The notes under the pieces were generated by a model. The model ran no database searches. It had not been told where the DNA came from and saw only the letters and a list, made by a program, of their open reading frames with translations. This document shows positions 52,066 through 63,534 of a stretch of 64,000 bases of DNA, in pieces. The DNA lies in the NCBI GenBank assembly GCA_028826165.1, contig JAPDFW010000095.1, forward strand, positions 62,001 through 126,000, written 5' to 3'. The DNA is from Anaeramoeba ignava BMAN. Its lineage: Eukaryota; Protista; Anaeramoebae. Each line of letters starts with the position of its first letter. Positions within the stretch are counted from its first letter, which is position 1. The translations under genes and the position numbers were made by a program.

Positions 52066-53858
52066 TTAATTTTGATTATTAAATTTATTAATTAATAAAT
52101 CAAATAAATTTGGATTTGTTTGATTTAATTGAAAATAATCAATTCCTCTTTCCATTTCATTAATTATTTCTTTGTAATTGCAATTCTTTCTTTAATTTGA
52201 TTTGAATAAATCCAATATTCAAATATTTGAAATGATTTATTACTTAATTCGCTATAATCTGTAACTTTATTAGATTTATCTTCTGTTACAGATAAAAACA
52301 TTCCTCGATATAATTCACTTCTCATTATTAATATTAATTTAGGAAATTTATATTGTTTTTCTTTTCTTTCAATAATAAAATCATTTTCATTTTCATTTTC
52401 ATTTAAATAAATTCTTTTCATTGTTTCTTCAATTTTTTCATTTGAATTTATAATTTCTTTAATTTCAGAATATAATTTTGGATTTGTATCTTTATTTGAA
52501 TAAATCATTTCAAATATTTGATTTGATTCTTTAATTGATTTTTTTGAAATAATTTCTTGAAGTTTTTCGATTTGATTTTGATTTTGATTTAATCTATATT
52601 TCAATATTAATTTATGAGCTTCAATTATTTCTCCATTTTTGGTTTTAAATGAAATATCACAAAATTCTTTTCTTCTAAATAGTTTTATCAAATCTTCTTC
52701 AAGATTAGAAAAAGAAGGAGAATAATAAATAAATGTTTTATTAAATCCACAAGAAATATGATAATTGGAAATATCTTCATTAAATCTTAATTTAGGAAGT
52801 TCAATTTGAATTGGAATTAATTGATAAAAATATGTATCTCCAGTTCCTAATTGACCATAATAATTATATCCAAATACTATTAATTTTGAATTGGATGTTA
52901 AAATCAAAGTATCAATAAACCCAACAGAAAAATCAAGAATATTATCATTATTTTCAAATAAAGATGATTTAATTTCAGTAAATTCATAAGTATTTTCATC
53001 TTGGTCAAGTCCATTATATTGATAACTTCCACACGAATAAAGTTTTCTTTTTGGATTTTGATTTTGATTTTCAATTTCAATCAACATTATTGAATGATAA
53101 TATCCACATTGAATATCAATTATTTTGCCTTTTGGAATATTTTGGATTTTGGTTAATTTATCGATTTTTGTTTCATCTTTTCTTGGTTCTCCTAATCCAA
53201 GTTGACCATATCGATTATCACCGCATCCAAATAATTCTTGATTTGAATTTAAAAGAAAAACTGAAGTTGAACAATTTCCTGAAAATATTTTAGAAACATT
53301 TTTCATCATTAAAATTGGTTCTTCTTTTTGTTTAAGTGTTATATAATTAGAAACAAGTTGGTTAGATTCATTTGAACCAATTCCATAAACATTTTGATTT
53401 GAAGTTAATAAATAAATTGAACGAGTTACAGAAACAATATCTTGAATTATTCTATCATTTGTATCTTCAATTAATGATGAAATATTGATAAATTCTTTTG
53501 GATTTTTTGGATTAATATTTCTTTCTTTGGCAAATACATTTCCTTCTTTTGTTAAAATAGCTTCATTTCCCCAACCAACAGTTACTTTTTCAATATTTTC
53601 AATTTGGATTTTTGAAGGATTTTGATTTGAATCTTTTTCTCTTGGGTATTCTATTGCTTTTCCATTTTTAAAAAGGAAAATTGTTGAATAATTTCCTGAT
53701 GAAATTTGTTTAATTTGTTTTTCATTTTCATTTTCATTTTCATTTTCATTTTCATTTTCATTTTCAAATTTAAATTGAATTGGTTTTGTTATTTCAGTTG
53801 GTTTATTTTTGATAAATTTTGGAAATTGATTTGAACCAAAAAATAAACAATCATTCAT
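52066..53858 (-). CDS. RCC1-BTB protein, copy G (frameshift near 52185)
   Basis: Colinear paralogue. The C-terminal IDYFQLNQTNPNLFDLLI is present in another frame. Confidence 0.8.
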
Positions 53859-53904
53859 TTTTGAAAAGAAAAAAAATGAAAAAATGAAAAAAATAATTTT
53901 TGGA

Positions 53905-54225
53905 ATTTTGATTTTAATTTTAATTTTGATTTTAATTTTAATTTTAATTTTAATTTTAATTTTAATTTTAATTTTAATTTTAATTTTAATTTTAATTTTA
54001 ATTTTAATTTTAATTTTAATTTTGATTTTAATTTTAATTTTAATTTTAATTTTAATTTTAATTTTGATTTTAATTTTTAATTTTGATTTTTAATTTTGAT
54101 TTTAATTTTAATTTTAATTTTAATTTTAATTTTAATTTTAATTTTAATTTTAATTTTAATTTTGATTTTGATTTTAATTTTAATTTTAATTTTAATTTTA
54201 ATTTTAATTTTAATTTTAATTTTAA
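53905..54225 (-). repeat. (AAAATT)n microsatellite downstream of copy H
   Basis: Direct reading. Confidence 0.9.
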
Positions 54226-56232
54226 TTTTGATTTTTAAATTTGTTAATTAATAAATCAAATAAATTTGGATTTGTTTGATTTAATTGAAAATAATCAATT
54301 CCTGTTTCTAGTTCATCAATAATTTCTTGTGTAATTTCAATTTCATCTTTAATTTGATTTGAATAAATCCAATATTCAAATAATTGAAATGATTTATTAC
54401 TTAATTCACTATAATCTGTAACTTTATTAGATTTATCTTCAGTTACAGATAAAAACATTCCTCGATATAATTCACTTCTCATTATTAATATTAATTTTGG
54501 AAATTTATATTGTTTTTCTTTTCTTTCAATTATAAAATCTTTTTCATTTTCATTTTCATTTAAATAAATTTTTTTCATTGTTTCTTCAATTTTTTCATTT
54601 GAATTTATAATTTCTTTAATTTCAGAATATAATTTTGGATTTATTTTGGAATTATTTGAATAAATCATTTCAAATATTTGATTTGATTCTTTAATTGATT
54701 TACTTGAAATAATTTCTTGAAGTTTTTCAATTTCATTTTGATTTTGATTTTGATTTTCATTTTGATTTAATCTATATTTCAATATTAATTTATGAGCTTC
54801 AATTATTTCTCCATTTTCTGTTTTAAATGAAATATCACAAAATTCTTTTCTTTTAAATAATTTTATCAAATCTTCTTCAAGATTAGAAAAAGGAGGAGAA
54901 TAATAAATAAATGATTTATTAAATCCACAAGAAAAATGATAATTGGAAATATCTTCATTAAATCTTAATTTAGGAAGTTTGATTTGAATTGGAATTGATT
55001 GATCATTTGTATCTCCAGTTCCTAATTGACCATAATAATTGTATCCAAATCCTATTAATTTTGAATTGGATGTTAAAATCAAAGTATGATTAATCCCAAC
55101 AGAAAAATCAAGAATATTATCATCATTTTCAAATAAAGATTTTTTGATTTCAGTAAATTCATAAGTATCTTCATCTTCATCTTTGCCAAGTCCATTATCT
55201 TCCCAGCCTCCACATGAATAAAGTTTTCTTTTTGGATTTTGATTTTCATTTTCAACCAACATTATTGAAAAAGCAGCTCCACATTGAATATCAATTATTT
55301 TACCTTTTGGAATATTTTGGATTTTAGTTAATTTTTTGATTTTTAGTTTTTTTCTTTTTGATTTTCCTAATCCAAGTTTCCCATATTGATTATTACCACA
55401 TCCAAATAATTCTTGATTTGAATTTAAAAGGAAAAACTACATAAGAACAAATTCCTGAAAATATTTTAGAAACATTTTTCATCATTAAAATTGGTTTTTG
55501 TGTTTGTTTAAGTACTATATAATTAGAACCAAGTTGACTAGATTCATTTGAACCAATTCCATAAACATTATTATTTGAAGTTAATAAGTAAATTGAAAAT
55601 CTTGAACAAACAATATCTTGAATTATTCTATCATTTTTATCTTCAATTAATGATGAAATATTGATAAATTCTTTTGGATTTTTTGGATTAATATCTCTTC
55701 CTTTGGCAAATACATTTCCTTCTTTTGTTAAAATAGCTTCATTTTCAAAACCAACAGTTACTTTTTGAATATTTTCAATTTGGATTTTTGAAGGATTTTG
55801 TTTTGAATCATTTAAATATTCTATTGCTTTTCCATTTTTAAAAAGGAAAATTGTTGAAAAAAAACTTGTTGAAATTTGTTTAATTTGTTTTTCATTTTCA
55901 TTTTCATTTTCATTTTCATTTTCAATTTCATTTTCATTTTCATTTTCATTTTGTTTTATTATTTGAATTTCTTTTTCTTTTTCTTTTTGTTTTATTATTT
56001 GAATTTCTTTTTCTTTTTCTTTTTCTTTTTCAAATTTCATTTTTATTGGTTTTAGTATTCCATTTTCAATTTGATTTTGATTTTGATTTTGATTTTGATT
56101 TTGATTTTGATTTTGATTTTTGTTTTGGTTTTTGAATTGAATTTTAATTTGAATTGGTTTTATTATTGAATCTTGTTCATTTTCAATATGTTTTGGGTAT
56201 TTATTCCAACCAAAAAATAAACAATCATTCAT
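54222..56232 (-). CDS. RCC1-BTB protein, copy H (frameshift near 55430; expanded N-terminal low-complexity insert)
   Basis: ORFs 55393-56232 and 54222-55262 are the two halves of one colinear paralogue. Confidence 0.78.
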
Positions 56233-56487
56233 TTTTCTTTATTTATAATTTATAATTTATAATTTATAATTTATAATTTGAAAATAATTTTTTATTTTTT
56301 TTTTTGAAAAGAAAAAAAATGAAAAATTAAAAGAGAAAAAATAAAAAAAAAAATAAATAAAAAGGAGAAAAAAAAAGATTTAATTCAGTTCTCAATTTAA
56401 ATTATTTTTTTTTATTTCATTTTTCTATTTTATTCTTTTTATTTAAATTTCCAAAAACAAAAACAAAAAAAAGCAAAAAATTTTAAA

Positions 56488-59400
56488 ATGGTTTTACCAG
56501 TAAGAAAATGTGTTTTGTTTAGACATGGAATAGGTTATTTTGAAAGAGAAGAAAAAATACAAGGAGATCAAAATTTGGTTTTAACTTTTAAAGAAGATGT
56601 AATGAATGATATTTTAAAAAGTTTAACAACTTATGATAATGGAGGTGGTTATGTTAGTGGGATAAGTTATGAAGGAATGGGAAGCAAACAACCAAATATT
56701 CTTATTGATTTGGAAAGTGAAAAATCAATGAGTAAATTATTAGCTGAAATTCAAGGTGCAAAAATAGCTGTCAATTATGCAGGCAAAACTTATGAAGGTC
56801 TTGTAATTGGAATTGAGGAAAAGAAAAAACGTGAAATTGAAGATGGAATTCCTGGTTATCTTGATTTGGATTATCTTACTTTGCTACTTAATGAGAATGA
56901 AATTAAAACTTTTAGTTTGATTGAAATTGATGATGTTGAATTTTTGGATGAAGAAATCAAAAGGGATTTGCAACATCTTCTTGACGTTTTGATTTCATCA
57001 AAGAAAAAAAGTATTAAAAATGTTACAGTGTTTTGTAAAGGGAAAAAGAAACGTACTTTTAGAGCAACTTATATCATTCCATTACCGGTTTGGAAAACTT
57101 CTTATAGGGTTATGTTGGGGGCACAAGAACCTATTCTTCAAGGTTGGGCTATTGTTGATAATACTACTGAAGAAGACTGGAAAAATATTCAGTTGGAACT
57201 TGTTAGTGGTCTTCCTATTTCTTTTATTCATGATTTATATTCTCCAAGATTTCAGGTTAGACCAAGAATAGAAGTTCAAGATGAAGCTGCTTTCGCTCCT
57301 CCTGTTTTGGAAAAAGCTCTTGAAAGAGAAGAAAGTGAAGATTATGAAGATTATGAAAATGAAAATGAAGATGAATGTGAATATGAAGAGAAAAAATACA
57401 AAGAGGAAATGTGTGACGAAATATCATTTTCTTTAAGTTCTATTTCTAACTTGCAAGCAAAACGAAAAAGTAAATTTTCCAAAAATATCCAAAATATTAA
57501 AATATCCAAAATATTAAAATATCCAAAATATAAAAATATTAAAAATATTAAAATATCCAAAATATAAAAATATAAAAATATTAAAATATTAAAATATAAA
57601 AATATTAAAATATTAAAATATTAAAATATTAAAATAACCAAAATATTAAAATATTAAAATATAAAAATATTAAAAATATTAAAATATCCAAAATATCAAA
57701 ATATTAAAATATTAAAAATATCCAAAATATTAAAATATCCAAAATATCAAAATATTAAAATATCCAAAAATATTAAAAATATATCCAAAAAATATTAAAA
57801 ATATCCAAAATATAAAAATATTAAAAATATTAAAATATCCAAAATATCTAAAATATAAAAATATTAAAATATAAAAATAAAAAAATATCAAAAATATCCA
57901 AAATATTAAAAATATATAAAATATTAAAATATTAAAATATTAAAATAAAATATAAAAATATCCAAAATATCAAAAAAAATATCCAAAATATAAAAATATT
58001 AAAATATCCAAAATATTAAAATATCCAAAAATATTAAAATATTAAAATATTAAAATATCCAAAATATCAAAAATATTAAAAATATAAAAATATTAAAAAT
58101 ATAAAAATATTAAAATATAAAAATATCCAAAATATTAAAATATCCAAAATATTAAAATATTAAAATATAAAAATATTAAAATATTAAAATATCCAAAATA
58201 TCCAAAATATCCAAAATATCCAAAATATTAAAATATTAAAATATTAAAATATAAAAATATTAAAATATAAAAATATCCAAAATATTAAAATATTAAAATA
58301 TTAAAATATCCAAAATATTAAAATATCCAAAATATTAAAATATCCAAAATATAAAAATATTAAAATATTAAAATATTCAAAATATTAAAATATCCAAAAT
58401 ATCCAAAATATTAAAAATATAAAAATATTAAAATAAAAAAGTGGTTTCAAAAGAAGATAAAATGAAAGCCTTCTCAAATTCAGTAAAACCAGATGTGCAA
58501 ACAAGAAAATCTGAAGCAGTTGATCTTTGTCATTATATTATCTCTGTTCCAGTTTCAGTGAAAAGAGATCAATCAGCATTAGTACCAATATTTCAAGGAA
58601 ATTTCTCAGGAGAACAAGTTTGTGTATACAATCAATCAGTTCGAGATAAAAATCCAATGTCATCAATTTTATTCAAAAACACAACAGGTTTGATTTTAGA
58701 AGGAGGACCAATTACAATGTATGAAAAAGGAGAATACATTGGAGAAGGAATGCTTGACACAATTCAACCAAATGATACAAAGACCATTCCATATGCAGTT
58801 GAACTTGGATGTGTTGTTGAAAGTGATTATGGTTCAACTTCACAAAGCTTTTTCCACTCAGCCATTTTGAATGGAGTTTTAACAACTGAAAGATATTATT
58901 ATTATTGGAGAAAATACAAAATCAATAATAAATCAACCAAGAAACTTGATTTCATTTTGGAGCATAAAATCACATCAAATACTGAATTGGTTTATACAAT
59001 CGATCCATTTGAAAAAACAGAAAATTATTATCGTTTCAGATTCAATGTTCCAGCTAAAGAACACATCACATTTGTTGTTGTTGAAAGATCCCGACAACCA
59101 GATACTTATTATCTTGAAAGTGTTAGCCAAAGTAGTGTTGATAGTTGGCTTTATAGTAATCTTATCAACAAGGAAATCAAGGAGACTCTTTATCAAATTG
59201 TTCAAAAATTACAATCCAAAAATGATCTTAACAGACAACTTTCAACGTTGAAAACAGAATTAAATGATCACATTCGAAATCAAAGAAGAATTTGTGAGAA
59301 CATGAAAACCTTAAAGGATTCCCAAGATCAACGTGAGTTGCGTGATCGTTATGTTCAAGAACTCACAACAAGTGAAGATGAAATTGAATCATTGAGAGAA

Positions 59401-60126
59401 AAGATCAAAGTTCTTGAAAAAGAATTACAAGAAATGGCAAAAGTTATTCGACAAATTGTTCATGAAATCAAGTATGATGCAACAATTGATGTTCCAAAAC
59501 CTTCACTTCCAGAATCACAAGTTAAGGCTCACGCATCAATAAACAACAAAAAACTTCCTTACTTTCCTGAAAAGTTGGATGAAAATTTACCTTCTGGTTT
59601 TGATATGGATATGGTTAAAGTAGGTATTTCTTGCAATTCTCAAGATTTCACAATTCATGATCAAAGATCAACAACTGAACCAATCACAATTCGTTCAAAT
59701 TTCCCAATTCCTGATAAGACTAAGATTTACTACTTCGAAATCACTATTGAAGATCCAGGAACAAAATCAACTGTTGTTATTGGTGCTGTTCTTGATAGTC
59801 ACAATCTTGTTGGTTTACCTGGTTGGGATGATTCTATTGGTTTTCATGGTGATGATGGAAAACTTTATTTCTGTGAATCTAAAAAAGGAAGAAAACTTGG
59901 TTCAAAATTTTCTAAAAATGATACAATTGGTTTTGGAATTGATTTTTCAACTAAAAATTTCTTCTTTACTTTTAATGGAAAATTAATCAAAACTATTCGT
60001 GATAAGAAATCTGTTCTTATTGGAAAAACTTTATATCCTTCTATTGGTTTAAATTCTCCTAATGCAAAAGTTTCAGTTAATTTTGGTTCAATTCCTTTTA
60101 TTCATCAATTAAAATCAAAATACTAA
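56488..60126 (+). CDS. Bacterial-type DUF4139-family protein fused to a C-terminal SPRY domain; intron 57470-58441
   Basis: LPVRKCVLFRHGIGYFER, MNDILKSLT, PVWKTSYR, LQGWAIVDNTTEEDW...LVSGLPISF, PVSVKRDQSALVP resemble bacterial DUF4139 proteins. RanBPM-type SPRY YYFEITI...LPGWD...GFHGDDG...DTIGFG...LYPSIGL...VNFG. Confidence 0.75.
57478..58435 (+). repeat. Intronic 8-9 bp repeat AAAATATT/AAAATATCC
   Basis: Direct reading. Confidence 0.9.
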
Positions 60127-60234
60127 GAAATTTTTCAAAACAAATCAAATCAAATCAAAACAAAATAATTTTCTTTTTTAATTTTCATTTTCATTTTCAT
60201 TTTCATTTTCAATCAAACAAAAAAATTATTTTCA

Positions 60235-62467
60235 TCATTTCCAAAATGATTTTTTCTTTTTTTGTTTTTTTGATTCTTCATAATTTTCAAAAATTTTTAT
60301 TGAAAGTTCAATTAATTGTTTTGTATCAATCATTTTAAATTTTTGAAGAAGTTCCATTGTTCCATATTCATTTTCTTTTAATAAAAAATCTCTTATCATT
60401 CTATTTATTAATTTATTAATTTATTAATTTATAAATTTATTTATTAAATTTATTTATTAAATTAAATTTTAATTACATTGGAATTGAAGCACAAATAAAT
60501 GGAAGAAATTTAAATCTTTCTTCTTTTCCAAAAAAAATTTCCCAAATTCTAAATACAGTTGAAATTTTAAATGTTCCTGTAAAAAGTAATGAAATCCAAC
60601 CAAGAGAATATATTTGAGGAGTAATTGATAATTTTCTCTATTTAAAATCAATAAATCAATAAATCAATCAACTTTAAAAATTCTTTTCTAAAATAAAATT
60701 TTACAAAATGATTTGATAATTCTAAATCATAAAATCTAATTAATCGATCAACATTAAAAAGAATTGGATTTTTTTCAATTTTGATTTTTTTTTGAAATAA
60801 TTTTAAATCTTTTTTAATTTCATTAATTAAATTTGAGAAACAAAAAAAAGAATCTTGAGTTGCATTTCCTAAATAAAATCAATTCCAAAAAATTATAAAT
60901 TAAACTAAATTAAAAATTAAATAAATCATAAAATACTTTTGAAATCTAAATCTGGATCTGTTGAAAATAAATGATAAATTGGAATTAAAATTTGACTCAT
61001 TGCTATTTTTTTTTTCAATTATAATTTTTAATATTGATTTCAAAATTCAATCCAAATAAAATAAAATGGAATTTTCTATTAAAAACCTTGATAATATCCA
61101 ATTTCAGGATTTGTTTTTGCAAATAAATATAAAATTTCACATATTTCTTGTTTTTTTTCTTTATTTGTAAGATTCAAAAAATCCATTGTTTCTTTTAGTT
61201 GACTTTCATCAATTTCTTCCCAATTTGAAACATGAATTATTTTCCAACCACAAGAAGTTCCACAATCATAATCATAAATATTTCCACAAGAATAACTTCT
61301 ACTCATTTGAATTTTATTTTGAATTTGATTTTGATTTTGATTTATATTTTGATTTTGATTTTGATTTTGATTTTGATTTTGATTTTGATTTTGATTTTGA
61401 TTTTGATTTTGATTTTGATTTTGATTTTGATTTTGATTTTGATTTTGATTTTGATTTTGATTTTTATTTTGATTTTGATTTTGATTTTGATTTTGATTTT
61501 GATTTTGATTTTGATTTTGATTTTGATTTTGATTTTGATTTTGATTTTGATTTTGATTTTGATTTTGATTTTCATTTTGATTTTCATTTTGATTTTAGAT
61601 TTATATTTTGATTTTATTTTGATTTTTTTCTTTGATTTTTCAGGGATTTTAAATCTATTTTTGATTTTATTTTGAATTTTGAATTTTTGATTTAATTTTG
61701 ATTTTAATTTTGAAATCATTTTGTTTTTTTTCTTTCAACTCATTCTTTTTAAATATCTTGAATAATTTGTAATTGAAATTTTAAATCATTTTCTTCAACT
61801 CCATCTTCCTTTTTTAAATTAAAAGAAAAAATTAGGAATTTTTGTTCTTAAATTGTTTTAAAAAAATTTTGATATTTCATACTTGATTATAAGATCTTAA
61901 ATCATTAAGAGAAATACAATCCTAATTTAATTTATAAATTAATTTAAATATTAATTCAAATATTAATTTACAAATTAATTTAAATATTGTTTTGTTTACT
62001 TCATCCAAAAAATCAGAACAAATTTTGTGAAAATTTGATGAAAGAATATTGAACTGATAAACTTTATAATGATATCTTTTTGATAAAAGTGTTTTTTTCC
62101 ATTTACTTTTTCTTAAAGGAAGATAATCTAAAAGAATCTATTTTTAAAAAAAATTTTGTAAATAAGATTTAATTAAATTAATTGTATCAATTCTAAATTG
62201 ATTTTAAAATATGTTTTGATATACTTTCCAACATAAAGGTCTATATAAATCAGGTATTCCTCCTAATTAATTTAAATTTATTTATTTCATCAAAAAAAAA
62301 TTTTTTTTAAATTTTGAATAAAAAATTTAATAATAAATTTAAAAGGAAAAAAATTGAAAAATTATTTCAAAACCTTCAAAAGATAAATTTTTAATTTGAT
62401 TCAAATCAATTTTTTTTGATAAAGCTTTTTTAAAGTTATCAATTCTTTTTGGAGAATTTCTTTCCAT
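60235..62467 (-). CDS. TBC-domain Rab GAP (TBC1D13-like), at least 8 introns, NQ-repeat insert, several frameshifts
   Basis: Spliced motifs FEGGIPDLYRPLCWKILLDYLP, EILYLFAKTNPEIGYYQAMSQILIPIY, QDSFFCFSNL, PQIYSLGWISLLF, VFRIWE. Confidence 0.75.
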
Positions 62468-62590
62468 TTAAAAAAAGAAAAAAAAAGAAAAAAGAAAAAG
62501 AAAAAAAATGAAAATTTTTAAAAATAATTTTTTCATTTTTTTTCATTTTTTTAATTCATTTTTTAAATTCATTCCAATTTATAAAATTTC

Positions 62591-63534
62591 ATGGAAGAAA
62601 CTAATCTAGAAAAAATACCGCCTCTTCCTTATCCAAAAGTTATTTCTTATGTGAATAATTTTATAATTAATACAGTTGAATTTTTAAACAAATTTTCTGG
62701 GATTTGTGAAGAGAAATTATCAAATGTTTCCCAATCAATTCAACACCTTGAAATACGTTTATCAATTCTGGAAGATAAGCTCTCATCAATTCCTATTGTT
62801 GGAGGTGAATTTTTTGATCTAAACATATTCACTTTTCAATTTATTTCTCAATGAATTAAAATGAATAATAATAATTTTTTTTAATTTTGTTTGGAAAATT
62901 TTTACAGAATTTACTCCACCTCCAAATATTACTGATGAACTTATACCGCCAAACCCCGAGGAGAAGATAGAAGGTGAAATTGAACCACCACAAAATGGTA
63001 ATTTTATTAATAAAAACCAATTGAAAAATTAAATTGAAAAATTAAATTGAAAAATCATTTAAAAAATTCGTTTTATTTTCTAAAAGCCAATCCAGTTAAA
63101 AATGATTCTCGATATAAACATTATTTTGATATGGTTCGTTATGGAGTTCCACCTGATGGAGTTAAAGATAAAATGAGAGCATTAGGATTAAATCCTGATC
63201 TTCTTGAGTAAATTAAAATTAAAATTAAAACTAAAATTAAAACTAAAATTAAAAATTAAAACTAAAATTAAAATTATAATTATAATTAAAATTCATTTAT
63301 AAAATTAAAATTAATATTAAAACTAAAATTAAAATTAAAATTAAAATTAATATTAAAACTAAAACTAAAATTAAAATTAAAATTAAAATTAAAATTAAAA
63401 TTAAAATTCATTTATGAAATTAAAATTAAAATTAATAATTAAAATTAAAATTAAAATCAAAATTAAAATTAAATTTAAAATTAAAATTAAAAAGTAATCC
63501 AGATGCTCCTGCTCCTCCTCCTGATTCTAATTGA
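62591..63534 (+). CDS. WASHC3: WASH complex subunit 3 (CCDC53); introns 62805-62907, 62998-63086, 63208-63494
   Basis: VNNFIINTVEFLNKFSGICEEKL...LSILEDKLSSIP and VKNDSRYKHYFDMVRYGVP...VKDKMRALGLNPDLLDNPDAP. Confidence 0.9.

Noticed and set aside
14362-56232. Diversity-generating retroelement as the source of RCC1 loop variation
   Set aside because: No reverse transcriptase or template repeat in the window, and variable codons differ at all four bases rather than only at template adenines.
1127-60126. Inteins in the large proteins
   Set aside because: No C/S-start...HN-C/S/T splicing motifs or unexplained insertions with homing-endonuclease motifs were recognised by eye.
10784-61719. ORFs made of INLF, ILIL, IKIK, FDFD or IKNL repeats
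   Set aside because: Translations of microsatellites or of the antisense strand of NQ repeats.
61720-61760. Possible third AT-AC intron in the TBC gene (CAAG|ATATTT, same context as importin)
   Set aside because: No convincing in-frame AC acceptor. The site coincides with the catalytic IxxDxxR motif, which a 2-nt indel correction restores (QIIQDLKRM).
17914-62467. Programmed frameshifting, stop-codon reassignment or mass pseudogenisation to explain broken ORFs
   Set aside because: Breaks are 1-2 nt indels in or next to homopolymers and simple repeats, typical of long-read error. Intact genes end normally at TAA, TAG or TGA. Some RCC1-BTB copies could still be true pseudogenes.
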